Of a stretch of DNA of 64,000 bases, positions 1 to 9,182 are shown one piece after another. A model generated the notes under the pieces. The model saw only the letters and a program-made list of their open reading frames with translations. It was not told the origin of the DNA and did not search any database. The position numbers and the translations under genes were made by a program. How positions within the stretch are numbered: position 1 is the first letter of the stretch; each line of letters begins with the position of its first letter. Source of the stretch: Dehalococcoidia bacterium (GTDB lineage: Bacteria > Chloroflexota > Dehalococcoidia > Bin125); assembly GCA_965232875.1 (NCBI GenBank), contig OZ247431.1, positions 249,319 through 313,318 of the forward strand, given 5' to 3'.

Positions 1-1456
1 GCTCTCGAATCAAGTCTGGCTCAAACAAAGGGCCAAGATTCTCCTGCCTCGCAGTGGACCGGGCGAATGCGTCCAATGTGGAGGGCGTCGCTACGTAATT
101 CTCTATCTCGTTTCTATCCCACATCATGGCTTCGATTGAGGACATTTCCGGAAGCCCTTGAGGCAGATTGTCGAAGATCGCTACACCTCGAATGTCTGGG
201 ACTGCAACCCGAAGACTGTGGAAGTGTCTGAGTGACTTGGTGGGCTGATTGCCGACATAGTGGACGAAGGGGCGCTCGAGCGCCGTTAGAGCCTCCTCGT
301 GGCCGATCTTACGGGCAAAGCTCCGCAACATTGCAAGATCCGTCGATCCTTCCAGATAAAGTACCCACTGAGTTTCTTCTGCCTGCAGATAGTCTTGGAA
401 TCCGAACTCTGCTAGGGCATTGCGTACCTCGCTCTTGTGTCCATCAAGCGCATGAGGAGTTCCAACGAAAGCTACAACCGTGTCCTTCCCAGCGGCTTCG
501 TTAAGCAACACTTCGGAATGAGTGGCAACGATGAGCTGGTTGCCGTTGTCCTGCGCTAGATCGGCAAGTAGGTTGTAGTTTTCCCTTTGGCGGAGGATTT
601 CAAGATGCGCGTCCGGCTCATCAAGCAGGAGCACCGTGTTGGGCTTGGTATACATGAAGGCCAACAGCAGCAATGTTTGTTGAAGGCCACGACCGGCCGC
701 AGATACATCCAAAGGCACATTGCGCTCCACGTAAGTCATGACTATCTGACCTCGAGACGCAACGAATTCCGGTGCGTGCAGCCTCGCCCCATACAGATGC
801 AAGATATGGTCGACTAGTTTATCCCAGGATTCAGGACGAAGTTCGAACACCTGCAGGCATAAGTTGCGCAATACCTCCGCCGTGCGCCCTTGGCCAATAC
901 GCACGTCGACGGCACCAGGTTGGAGCATGTCTTCAGTTTCTGCGAGGCCTGACATTGGCGGTAGCAAAGCCACATTTGTTAAGGCTGCTTGGTCAGGAAC
1001 AGGCATTCTTTTCACAGGCGATTCGTTGTCGAGGCGGAGAGGCCTGCAGTAGAAAGACTCTGGATTGGCGTAGTCGAATTCTAGCCCGCATGTCCAAGGG
1101 TTGCCGTTGTCTTCTCCATCGACAATGACATCGATTCGAACATTTGAAGTATCCTGATGCCCGTCAACAATGCGCGAGTCTCGAATGTGAAGATCGCGCC
1201 AAAGCGCCTTGGCGTCAGTTACCGGAATGGAAACAAGGTCCCTGCGCCCGATTGTGACGCCCGGTCTTCGCTCAGGGGTCTTTTGGTCTGCTCTCTTTTC
1301 GTTCCATCGTTTGAGTCCTGCGTCCCAAAGAGCAAGAGCTTGAAGTGCAGAAGTTTTGCCCGAATTGTTCGGGCCGACGAAAACCACCGGACTATCCAGT
1401 TCAATGGTCACCTCGTTGAATCGCTTGAAGTTCCGCACACCTAGTTTGGTCAGCAT
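1..1456 (-). CDS. OLD-like ATP-dependent endonuclease (ABC-type ATPase + TOPRIM-like), truncated by window edge
   Basis: Hand translation (absent from the ORF track because it runs off the edge): MLTKLGVRNFKRF..., Walker A GPNNSGKT, Walker B LLLDEPDAHL, H-loop VATHS, TOPRIM-like YLEGSTD...IFD. Confidence 0.85.
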   Translation of the reverse strand, partial: MLTKLGVRNFKRFNEVTIELDSPVVFVGPNNSGKTSALQALALWDAGLKRWNEKRADQKTPERRPGVTIGRRDLVSIPVTDAKALWRDLHIRDSRIVDGHQDTSNVRIDVIVDGEDNGNPWTCGLEFDYANPESFYCRPLRLDNESPVKRMPVPDQAALTNVALLPPMSGLAETEDMLQPGAVDVRIGQGRTAEVLRNLCLQVFELRPESWDKLVDHILHLYGARLHAPEFVASRGQIVMTYVERNVPLDVSAAGRGLQQTLLLLAFMYTKPNTVLLLDEPDAHLEILRQRENYNLLADLAQDNGNQLIVATHSEVLLNEAAGKDTVVAFVGTPHALDGHKSEVRNALAEFGFQDYLQAEETQWVLYLEGSTDLAMLRSFARKIGHEEALTALERPFVHYVGNQPTKSLRHFHSLRVAVPDIRGVAIFDNLPQGLPEMSSIEAMMWDRNEIENYVATPSTLDAFARSTARQENLGPLFEPDLIRE

Positions 1457-1520
1457 CTCATTCACTCCTGCGCTTGAGAGTATCCTGTCCGCCGACATCC
1501 CAACCGGCGAGGAGGACGTG

Positions 1521-2003
1521 ATGACCCAGCAGACGCCCGAACGGAATATGCCCCCAGTGGCTCCGGATCTTGAAGGAGACCCGGTCCCGCCGCCCGACGA
1601 CTCGCGCTTTGTGATCAAGCCGACTTCGGAGACCCCGGTCAGCGTTGGACGCAACATCCACTCTCGGCGCATGTTCACGACGGCTGAAGGTCGCTTCGAG
1701 AGCTCGTTCCAGTTTGTGCTTTACAACGTCCTGCCCGTCGGCGAGACCAATGTGCGCCACATCCACGAGGACATCGAGAAGGTCTACTACTTCCTCAAGG
1801 GCAACGCCGAGATCGACTGCGGCCCCTGGCGCACGACGGCGCAGGCTGGCGACTTCCTCTTCTTCCCCGCCGATATCGCACACCAGATCTATAGCCAGGG
1901 TCCTGAAGACCTGGAGTTCATCGTCTGCGCTGCTCAAACATCGAGCGAGGCACGCGGGATGTCGGATGGCGGGCTGCTTGAAGACAGTGGTGAGGACGAC
2001 TAA
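1521..2003 (+). CDS. cupin domain protein
   Basis: HIHEDIEKVYYFLKG and GDFLFFPADIAH cupin motifs; GAGGA RBS before ATG 1521. Confidence 0.8.
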   Translation: MTQQTPERNMPPVAPDLEGDPVPPPDDSRFVIKPTSETPVSVGRNIHSRRMFTTAEGRFESSFQFVLYNVLPVGETNVRHIHEDIEKVYYFLKGNAEIDCGPWRTTAQAGDFLFFPADIAHQIYSQGPEDLEFIVCAAQTSSEARGMSDGGLLEDSGEDD

Positions 2004-3055
2004 TGGCCGACCAGGATGCGACCGAGATTGTCCCACTTGAGCCGCTGCGCGTCTTCGGCAAGGCGGTCTATGAAGCTTGCGGCGTCCCCTCGGACGATGC
2101 CGAATTCACTGTCGAAATCCAGCTCACGGCCGACCTGCGCGGTGTCGACACGCACGGATTCCAGCGACTCGGCTGGTACGCGGGACACCTGCAGGCGGGC
2201 CGCTACAACCCAACACCGAGCCTTGAGGTGCTTAAGGAGACGCCGGTCTCGCATGTGATCGACGGCGACGGTGGGATCGGTCAGTTGGTCGTCGCTCGGA
2301 CGATGCAGCGCACAATCGCCAAGGCGAAAGAGACCGGTCTGGCGCTAGGCACGCTGCGCAACAGTAATGACTGGGGTATGGGGGCGTTCTATCCGATGTT
2401 GGCCGCTGCCCAGGGATTCGTCTCCTTCTGCACGACAACGAGCGTCCCGACAATCGCCCCGTACGGATCACGAACGCGGATGACCGGCAACAACCCGATG
2501 GCCTTCGCTGCGCCACGAGCCTCCGGCCCGCCGGTGGTGCTCGACATGGCGCTGACGCCGGTCGCCCTGGGCAAAGTGATGAGGGCGCGCGCCGAGGGTC
2601 GCGAGATCCCCGAGGAGTGGGGATTCCTGGACCTCGAAGGCCAGCCGACCACCGATCCCGAGACCGCGATGGGCGGAGTGATCCCCGCCCTGGGCGCAGT
2701 CTCCGCCTACAAGGGCACAGGTCTGAGCATGTTCATGAACCTGCTCGCCGGAGCGTTGCCCGGAGGATTTCACAGCAATCAGGTCAACATCGGCAAGCGC
2801 GGACAGTTCCTGCTAGTGATCGATCCTGAGATGTTCGGCGAGGCGGAAACATTCTCATCTGCGGTTGATGAGATGGTTGATCAGGTCAAGTCGGCCGATC
2901 CGTTGCCGGATGTCGGGGAAGTCTTCGCACCCGGCGAAATCGAACAGCGCGCCTATGAAGAGCGGATCGCAGCGGGCCACGTCGTCTATCCATCATCAAC
3001 GCTGAAGGACCTGCGCGACTTGTCGTCGGAGATGGGGATTCCACTGGAGGTGTAA
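2003..3055 (+). CDS. Ldh_2 family (malate/lactate/ureidoglycolate-type) oxidoreductase
   Basis: ADLRGVDTHG, GNNPMAFAAP, LDMA, YKGTGL motifs; coupled to the cupin gene. Confidence 0.9.
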   Translation: MADQDATEIVPLEPLRVFGKAVYEACGVPSDDAEFTVEIQLTADLRGVDTHGFQRLGWYAGHLQAGRYNPTPSLEVLKETPVSHVIDGDGGIGQLVVARTMQRTIAKAKETGLALGTLRNSNDWGMGAFYPMLAAAQGFVSFCTTTSVPTIAPYGSRTRMTGNNPMAFAAPRASGPPVVLDMALTPVALGKVMRARAEGREIPEEWGFLDLEGQPTTDPETAMGGVIPALGAVSAYKGTGLSMFMNLLAGALPGGFHSNQVNIGKRGQFLLVIDPEMFGEAETFSSAVDEMVDQVKSADPLPDVGEVFAPGEIEQRAYEERIAAGHVVYPSSTLKDLRDLSSEMGIPLEV

Positions 3056-3063
3056 GGCCTGTT

Positions 3064-3253
3064 CGCATGGATACATCACTCAGTTTCCCGTCCCCGCCCC
3101 CGAGCGGGGACCCGCTTTGGCCAGCACACGGCAGCACCGAGTCGCTCCAGGTGACCAGATGCAGGCAGCCAGGATGTCCTCCGTGCAGGGGCAGGGGAAG
3201 GAGCGGGCCCCCGCTCGGTGGCGGGGGCGGTTGAAAAGTTGTACATCGGACTC
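3064..3253. mobile_element. MITE family A, copy 1 (190 bp, left TIR decayed)
   Basis: Arms near-identical to 32981-33170 (CAGTTTCCCGTCCCCGCCCCCGAGCGGGGACCCGC...GCGGGCCCCCGCTCGGTGGCGGGGGCGGTTGA). Confidence 0.8.
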
Positions 3254-3288
3254 GGAGTAGCAACAGCAATAGTCGACGTCGGTTGTAC

Positions 3289-4332
3289 TCACCGCTCGCA
3301 CACCACACCGTCACCGTCGCCATCCCTGGCCGACGGCACAGCATCGGCAGGAAATCCTCGACCTTGGCCGCTACCGCCGGTTTCTCGTTCAAGACCGGCC
3401 GCCTGAGCTTCATCGCAGTTCGCATAGGTTTCGCCATCGGTCGTCGGAGATGTTGGGTCGTCATCATGGGCGTCAGGTTGTGTTTCGACTTCCACGATCG
3501 TCGGTTCTCGTTCGGGGTACTCGGCCCGACGCTCATAGTTGGCCTGGCAGGTGTCGAGCATCTGGCGCAGACCGTCGATCTCAGCCTGATCGGCAGTCAG
3601 CGACCACTTGACTTTCACCGCAATCCAGTCATGGGCGTACTGACACCAGGCGCTGCGCAGCGGAGGCTTCCACTCTGCAGGATCGTCGGCGCTCTTGGTC
3701 CGGTTGCTCGATGCCGAGACGGCGGTCAGCGCAGCCGGCAGTTCGAGGTCATTGGCGTAATCCGACTTCCGCTCCGACGACCACGCCGCTGCGCCGGAAT
3801 CGTGCGCTTCAGCAAGGGGCACCATGTGGTCGATATCGAGTCGCGACGGATCGTTGAACGGTTTGTCGTCGTACCAGGAATGCCAGATGCCATCCAGGGG
3901 GCGACAGTTCTGGTTGACTTCCGAGATCGACACGGCCTCAGCGATCAGGACGAGCTCCCGCACACTGCATCTCGGACGATCCGTACCCAGCCAGCCGTCA
4001 GGCATGTACAGCTCGCGGTCATAGTCGATACCGCCGTCCGACTCTGGAGCAATGGTCAGTTGGGCCAACAAGGTCGCATAGGGGTCCGCAGCCTCGGGTT
4101 GCTCTGTGCCTTGTTGTGTGATTTGCAGCTGGTCGGCTCGCTCGACGGGCTCGATGTCTTCGTCAGACTCGGAGTCGGTCTGCCGAGGCGCTTGCGCCGC
4201 AGGCGTCTCGTGCGCTGGCTGCGGCTCCACCTGCTGGGTCTGTGACGCATCTTCGATTTCGACCGCGCAGCCTGCGGCAATGAACACGGCCAGAAGCAGC
4301 GCAGCGAGCAATCGCGCAATGCCCTGTCCCAT
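3289..4332 (-). CDS. lipoprotein HNH-like nuclease (DUF1524-type) with C-terminal Excalibur Ca-binding domain
   Basis: Lipobox IAAGC; [11 protein letters not shown]...AND...SNRTKS; YANCDEA...[11 protein letters not shown]. Confidence 0.85.
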   Translation of the reverse strand: MGQGIARLLAALLLAVFIAAGCAVEIEDASQTQQVEPQPAHETPAAQAPRQTDSESDEDIEPVERADQLQITQQGTEQPEAADPYATLLAQLTIAPESDGGIDYDRELYMPDGWLGTDRPRCSVRELVLIAEAVSISEVNQNCRPLDGIWHSWYDDKPFNDPSRLDIDHMVPLAEAHDSGAAAWSSERKSDYANDLELPAALTAVSASSNRTKSADDPAEWKPPLRSAWCQYAHDWIAVKVKWSLTADQAEIDGLRQMLDTCQANYERRAEYPEREPTIVEVETQPDAHDDDPTSPTTDGETYANCDEAQAAGLERETGGSGQGRGFPADAVPSARDGDGDGVVCER

Positions 4333-4464
4333 ACCGTTCTCCCGTACCGTTCTCCCCTGCCGTTGTCAGCGTTCTGGACACGGAACGATATCAGTGAGGC
4401 AATCCAAAACTCTTGGCTTGACGGAGCCTACTATCCTGAGGCGGAAGCCGAGAGGACGCTTGTC

Positions 4465-5601
4465 ATGGTCAGCCCAATTGTCTACTCCTGTGATTCCCAT
4501 GTGGTCGAGGGACCTGAGGTCTTTGACGGACTCGTGGAAAAGTACGGCGACCGCGCCCCGCGCGTGGTCGATGGCTGGAAGGGCCGCGAGGGCGTCTACC
4601 TGGCCTGGCCGCAGATCGACTTCGCCATGCTCGTCGGCCGGCTCGGGATCGCGGGTGCGAACCTCAACCTGCCCGAGACCAAGGAGAAGATGCAGCGCGG
4701 CTGGGATCTGATCAACCCTGGCGTCAAGGACCCCGTGGCGCGCCTGACCGAGCAGGACACCGACGGCGTCGTCGGCGAGGTGATGTATCCCTCGATCAAC
4801 ATGCTGACCTACATGGTCGATGACGTTGAGGTCGTCAACGCTGTGTTCCAGCGTCACAACGACTGGATCCGCGACTACTGCTCGCACAACCCGGACCGGC
4901 TGATTGGCATTGGCTGCCTAACCCTGCGCGACGTTGATGCCGGCATCGCCGAGCTCGAGCGCTGTGCCAAGATGGGCATCAAGGGCGTCGCGATTCCTTG
5001 CACCGCGCCCAAGGATCTGCCCTACTCCGACCCCTACTACGAGCCCTTCTGGACGGCGGCTGAAGAGGTCGGGATGCCGCTGACGATGCACATTTTCTGT
5101 GGCTCGGAGCCTGGCATGGGTCTGCCCAAGGAGTGGGACGAGGTCGTCAGCTATACGCTGGCTCACGGCGCTGCCTGGAACACGATCTCCAACCTGGTCA
5201 CCTCGGGTGTCTGCGAACGTCATCCCAACCTGCGGTTCGTCATGGCCGAATGGGAGACCGGTTGGATTGCCCACGTGCTCGAGCGCTGGAACCACGCCTA
5301 CTACCGCGCCCGCGCCGTCGACCGCACACCCGAACTGCCGATGCTGCCGACCGAGTACTTCAAGCGAAACTTCAACGTGACCTTCGAAGACGACGCCATC
5401 GGCGTGCAGACGAGGCACGGCATCGGCGTCGACAACCTGCTCTGGGGCAACGACTACCCCCACCACGATGCCATCTGGCCAAACTCACGCCGAATCCTCG
5501 ACGAGATCATGGAGGGCGTGCCCCAGGAAGACGTCGACAAGATGGTCTGGGAGAACGTGCAAAAGCTCTACAACATCGACCAGTCAGCCTTGCCTGTGTG
5601 A
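4465..5601 (+). CDS. amidohydrolase family 2 protein
   Basis: SCDSHV, MHI, WGNDYPHHD motifs; GAGGA RBS before ATG 4465. Confidence 0.9.
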   Translation: MVSPIVYSCDSHVVEGPEVFDGLVEKYGDRAPRVVDGWKGREGVYLAWPQIDFAMLVGRLGIAGANLNLPETKEKMQRGWDLINPGVKDPVARLTEQDTDGVVGEVMYPSINMLTYMVDDVEVVNAVFQRHNDWIRDYCSHNPDRLIGIGCLTLRDVDAGIAELERCAKMGIKGVAIPCTAPKDLPYSDPYYEPFWTAAEEVGMPLTMHIFCGSEPGMGLPKEWDEVVSYTLAHGAAWNTISNLVTSGVCERHPNLRFVMAEWETGWIAHVLERWNHAYYRARAVDRTPELPMLPTEYFKRNFNVTFEDDAIGVQTRHGIGVDNLLWGNDYPHHDAIWPNSRRILDEIMEGVPQEDVDKMVWENVQKLYNIDQSALPV

Positions 5602-5616
5602 GAAACGCTCCGGGTG

Positions 5617-5731
5617 CTCACGGTTTCACAGAAACCGTGAGAAAATCAAAAGCAACGGGCGTTGTCTCCGTGGTCGTCTTGGCTGTATCTGTTACTATTG
5701 GTTTCACAGAAACCGTGAGGAAACCGATAGT
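5617..5731. promoter_or_regulatory. duplicated palindromic operator upstream of Fic gene
   Basis: CTCACGGTTTC-ACA-GAAACCGTGAG at 5617-5641; GGTTTCACAGAAACCGTGAG repeated at 5700-5719. Confidence 0.6.
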
Positions 5732-5748
5732 TAGGCGTACGTCGCACG

Positions 5749-7140
5749 ATGCCGCTTCCCCAGACCGCGCCGTCACAAAAGACGCTAACGGCCGAATTTG
5801 TCGCTCTTGATGCCGAGCGGCAGGTCGCTCTGCTGACGGACGCGAGTCCGCTCGACGAAAAGAACCGCTATCTCCCCTGGGAAGAGGTGCGCTACCGCCA
5901 ACCGCCGGGCGGCCTCAGCGCCCGCCTTTATTGGTTCGGCATGGCTATGGCGCGCCGAGCTTCGGCTCGCACCTTGCCCCTCCTCGGGCGCGGCGATCAG
6001 CCGTTCTGGTACTGCAACGCCCAACCGCTATTGGCCTCGCTCAATCGGCTCGATCAAGCTCAACGCGCCCACATCCTCGCCGATGAGACGTTGATGACCA
6101 ATGCCTCCCGCCGGCGCTGGCTGCAGCGCGGGCTGATGGATGAGTCCATCCAGTCCAGCAGGCTCGAAGGCGCCAACACCAGCCGCCAACTGGCACGCGA
6201 AATGCTCAACGACGGCTGGCCTCCGCGCGATAAAAGCGAGCGCATGATTGCCAACAACTTTGCTGCCATGCAGACCATCGAGGAATGGGCGACCAACGGC
6301 GAGCCAATCGATCTCGAACACATCCTGCGGTTGCACCGGATCGTCACCGTTGGAACTCTTCGCGATGACAACGATGCTGGGCGATTACAGCAACCGGGCG
6401 AAGCCCGCGTTTACGTCGTCTCCGCGAGCCAGGAGGTCGTCCACAGGCCGCCGCCAGCCGACGAGTTGCCGGAGCGGATGCGGCGCATCCGTGAATTCGC
6501 CGATCCGGATTCGGATAGTGAATTCATCCATCCGCTCCTCCGTGCGATCCTGCTCCACTTCATGATCGGCTACGACCATCCCTTTGTCGATGGCAACGGG
6601 CGCACGGCGCGAGCGCTCTTCTACTGGTCGCTGCTGCGCTCCGGCTGGTGGCTGGCGCCCTACTTGCCGATCTCACACTTCCTCCTGCGAGCGCCCGCGC
6701 AGTATTCGCGTGCGTATCAATACGTGACCGCGGACGACAACGACGTCACACACTTCCTCCTACAACAACTCGACATCATTGAGCAGGCCGTTGATCAGCT
6801 CGGCCATGATCTACAGGAGCAAGCTGCCGCGACCCGACATCTCCTGGAGCGACTAGATGAAGACGGCTTTAGCGAACGCCAGCTTGCGATGCTGCAAAGC
6901 GCTGTCGAACAACCCAATCGCATCTTCACCATCGCCCAGCAACAGAACGAGCATCGTGTCTCTTATTGGGCTGCCCGCGCCGACCTCCAGAACCTGACCG
7001 AGCGCGGTTACCTCTTGCGCGAGCGCTCAGGCAAGAAGTTCGTCTTCCGACCCGCGCCGGATCTGCAAGAACGGCTAGAACCCGTCACACAGATCGCACC
7101 AACCGCAAACCCGTCCGCCGCCCAAGCCGAACCATGCTAA
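5749..7140 (+). CDS. Fic family protein (class II-like) with probable C-terminal wHTH
   Basis: Canonical HPFVDGNGRTAR motif; N-terminal inhibitory SSRLEG. Confidence 0.92.
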   Translation: MPLPQTAPSQKTLTAEFVALDAERQVALLTDASPLDEKNRYLPWEEVRYRQPPGGLSARLYWFGMAMARRASARTLPLLGRGDQPFWYCNAQPLLASLNRLDQAQRAHILADETLMTNASRRRWLQRGLMDESIQSSRLEGANTSRQLAREMLNDGWPPRDKSERMIANNFAAMQTIEEWATNGEPIDLEHILRLHRIVTVGTLRDDNDAGRLQQPGEARVYVVSASQEVVHRPPPADELPERMRRIREFADPDSDSEFIHPLLRAILLHFMIGYDHPFVDGNGRTARALFYWSLLRSGWWLAPYLPISHFLLRAPAQYSRAYQYVTADDNDVTHFLLQQLDIIEQAVDQLGHDLQEQAAATRHLLERLDEDGFSERQLAMLQSAVEQPNRIFTIAQQQNEHRVSYWAARADLQNLTERGYLLRERSGKKFVFRPAPDLQERLEPVTQIAPTANPSAAQAEPC

Positions 7141-7270
7141 TCTCAGAACGCATGCGCGAAAGAAGGCGGATGTCGATGACCTTCCCTTACCCAATCACAG
7201 CCCCGGCCTCCGCCGGACGCCGTCAGAACCAGGACGACCGAGCCCAACAATGCCGTACCGGATTGTCCGT

Positions 7271-7447
7271 ATCCGAACAAACCCGAACAGAATTCCCTGA
7301 ACCAGACCGAAAAAACCTGAAAAAACCTGAAAGACCTGAAATACGATCCCCAGCGCTGCACAGGAGATCGCGCCCTCAGAGCCTCCGAAAAAAATTAAAC
7401 CCGAAAACCTGAATGCCGAAAAACAAACGCCTCGACCGAACACCGAA
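7271..7447 (+). repeat. ~10-bp-phased A/C-rich direct repeat array
   Basis: CCGAACAAAC CCGAACAG... CCGAAAAAAC CTGAAAAAAC CTGAAAGAC CTGAAATAC, then AAAAAAATT. Confidence 0.65.
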
Positions 7448-7537
7448 ATGCAGCGCGAGAGCCCGTCGACGCCGTCCCACGCCCAGCTATGTGTTCAGCC
7501 CCTGGGCGGGTAGTCTGCAGATGTGAAGGAGTGAGCG

Positions 7538-8419
7538 ATGGCGTCGCGCCGAGAACAAGCAGGGCTGCAACTTACACGCCCCTTGCATTGGTACACGCTG
7601 CAAGCGATGCAGAAGATGTCGTTGCCGGCGACGAATCAGGAGATCGACTCGGCGGTCGCAGGGTTGCTCAAGCTAACCCCTGCACAATGTGCAGTGATGC
7701 ACTCGAATGGCAGGCAGACTGAGCTCGCCTACCGTGTCGCTTGGCAACGATCTGTGTTGCGCGTGGCCGGCGCTGTCGATCGTGTTGCGCCAGGCCTTTG
7801 GACCCTGACTGAAGAAGGCTGGGGCATCTCGTCCGAGCTCGTTGAGAAGCGATACAAGCAGCATCTCGCTGATAAGCGGGCAGGGCAACCTGATGACAGC
7901 GAAGAAGACCACGACGGAAAAGACGATTCTCCCGACGACGAATCTGCATGGTCAGATGCGTTGCTTGATCGGCTAAAGCAAGTGTCGCCCGCAGGCTTCG
8001 AGCATCTGTCCGCCGCTCTGCTGCGCGCCGCCGGATTCGACGATGTCGAAGTCACTGGACGCTCTGGCGACGGCGGTATCGATGGCATCGGAATCTACCG
8101 ACCTTCCGGCCTGATCTCGTTCCATACCGCTTTCCAGTGCAAGCGATATCAAGGCTCAGTCGGAGCAGGCTCAGTCCGCGATTTCCGTGGATCGTTCGTT
8201 GGACGCGCCGAACGCGGGATCATGTTGACGACCGGACACTTCACCCGTGATGCGCGTGATGAGGCGACTCGCGCGGGCGCGAATCCCGTAGATCTGATCG
8301 ATGGAGAGACGTTCTGCGAGCTGCTTCGGGAGCACTCGTTAGGCGTCCGCACGACACAGCGAGTTGTTGAGGACATCACCATTGACGACGCCTACTTCAA
8401 CCAGTTTGAGGACACCTAA
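7538..8419 (+). CDS. mrr: Mrr-family type IV restriction endonuclease
   Basis: Mrr_N-like (RVAWQRSVLR...GLWTLTEEG) plus Mrr_cat GDGGIDG...QCKRY...LIDG. Confidence 0.9.
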   Translation: MASRREQAGLQLTRPLHWYTLQAMQKMSLPATNQEIDSAVAGLLKLTPAQCAVMHSNGRQTELAYRVAWQRSVLRVAGAVDRVAPGLWTLTEEGWGISSELVEKRYKQHLADKRAGQPDDSEEDHDGKDDSPDDESAWSDALLDRLKQVSPAGFEHLSAALLRAAGFDDVEVTGRSGDGGIDGIGIYRPSGLISFHTAFQCKRYQGSVGAGSVRDFRGSFVGRAERGIMLTTGHFTRDARDEATRAGANPVDLIDGETFCELLREHSLGVRTTQRVVEDITIDDAYFNQFEDT

Positions 8420-9180
8420 TGAACCAGATGCGCGGCGTTCTTCTCGATGTCCTCGTTGCCTTGATCATTTTGATGGCTGGTGGGGCGATCTTTGCTCGCA
8501 TTGCCGGCGTCGAGGAAGGTGAGTCTGCGCCGGCCTGGGTTCAGTTTGCTCCTCTTGTGCTGGCGATGCTCTTTCTTGGTTGGCGGACGGTCCGCCGCAA
8601 CCGGCAGCGACGTGAGGCAGAGGCTCGGGCCGAGGCGGATCCGCTCACAGACCACCGCGAACTCGAACGCGTCGAAGACCCGCCCATGGACGACTTCCAA
8701 TGGCGCTCGCGGCTGGAGTCTTCGATCCGCAACCTGGGTCGCGACGCCTTTGAACAGTTCACCAGGCGCATTCTGCACGCGATGCAAATCGTCGATCTCG
8801 AGGTGGTTCGAGTCGCGTTCGATGGGGCAATCGAGTGCGTTGGCGTCCAGGACGATGAGGAACGCGCCAGCGTCTATGTGATCTGCCGCCGCTCGTTCGG
8901 CTCACTCGGCGCCAACCAGGTGCGCGAGATGAAGACCCTGATGGCCGACAAAGCCGCAGAAGGACTGTTCATCACGAATGGCGAGTTCTCCTCCTCGGCC
9001 ATCGACGAGGCGGATGAAGGGGACGAATCGATCGACCTGGTCGATGGCGATGACTTGCTCGATCTGATGCACACGCACCGGCTCGGCTTGATCTTTGACG
9101 AGATGGGCCGGGTGACCGCAATCGACAACGAGTGGTTCCAGGACCTGGAACGCGATCACCGATTTGCAGATGGAGACTGA
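8419..9180 (+). CDS. membrane-anchored Mrr_cat-like protein with degenerate active site
   Basis: Two N-terminal hydrophobic helices; AFEQF...DGAIECVG...ICRR...GLFITNGEFS...DLVDGDDL. Confidence 0.75.
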   Translation: MNQMRGVLLDVLVALIILMAGGAIFARIAGVEEGESAPAWVQFAPLVLAMLFLGWRTVRRNRQRREAEARAEADPLTDHRELERVEDPPMDDFQWRSRLESSIRNLGRDAFEQFTRRILHAMQIVDLEVVRVAFDGAIECVGVQDDEERASVYVICRRSFGSLGANQVREMKTLMADKAAEGLFITNGEFSSSAIDEADEGDESIDLVDGDDLLDLMHTHRLGLIFDEMGRVTAIDNEWFQDLERDHRFADGD

Positions 9181-9182
9181 AC

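Noticed and set aside
232-1444. Short + strand ORFs
   Set aside because: Antisense shadows of the minus-strand ATPase gene
3283-4245. Long antisense ORFs (also 25157-26248, 44234-45607, 58618-59661)
   Set aside because: Shadows of real genes, as expected in high-GC DNA; no motifs
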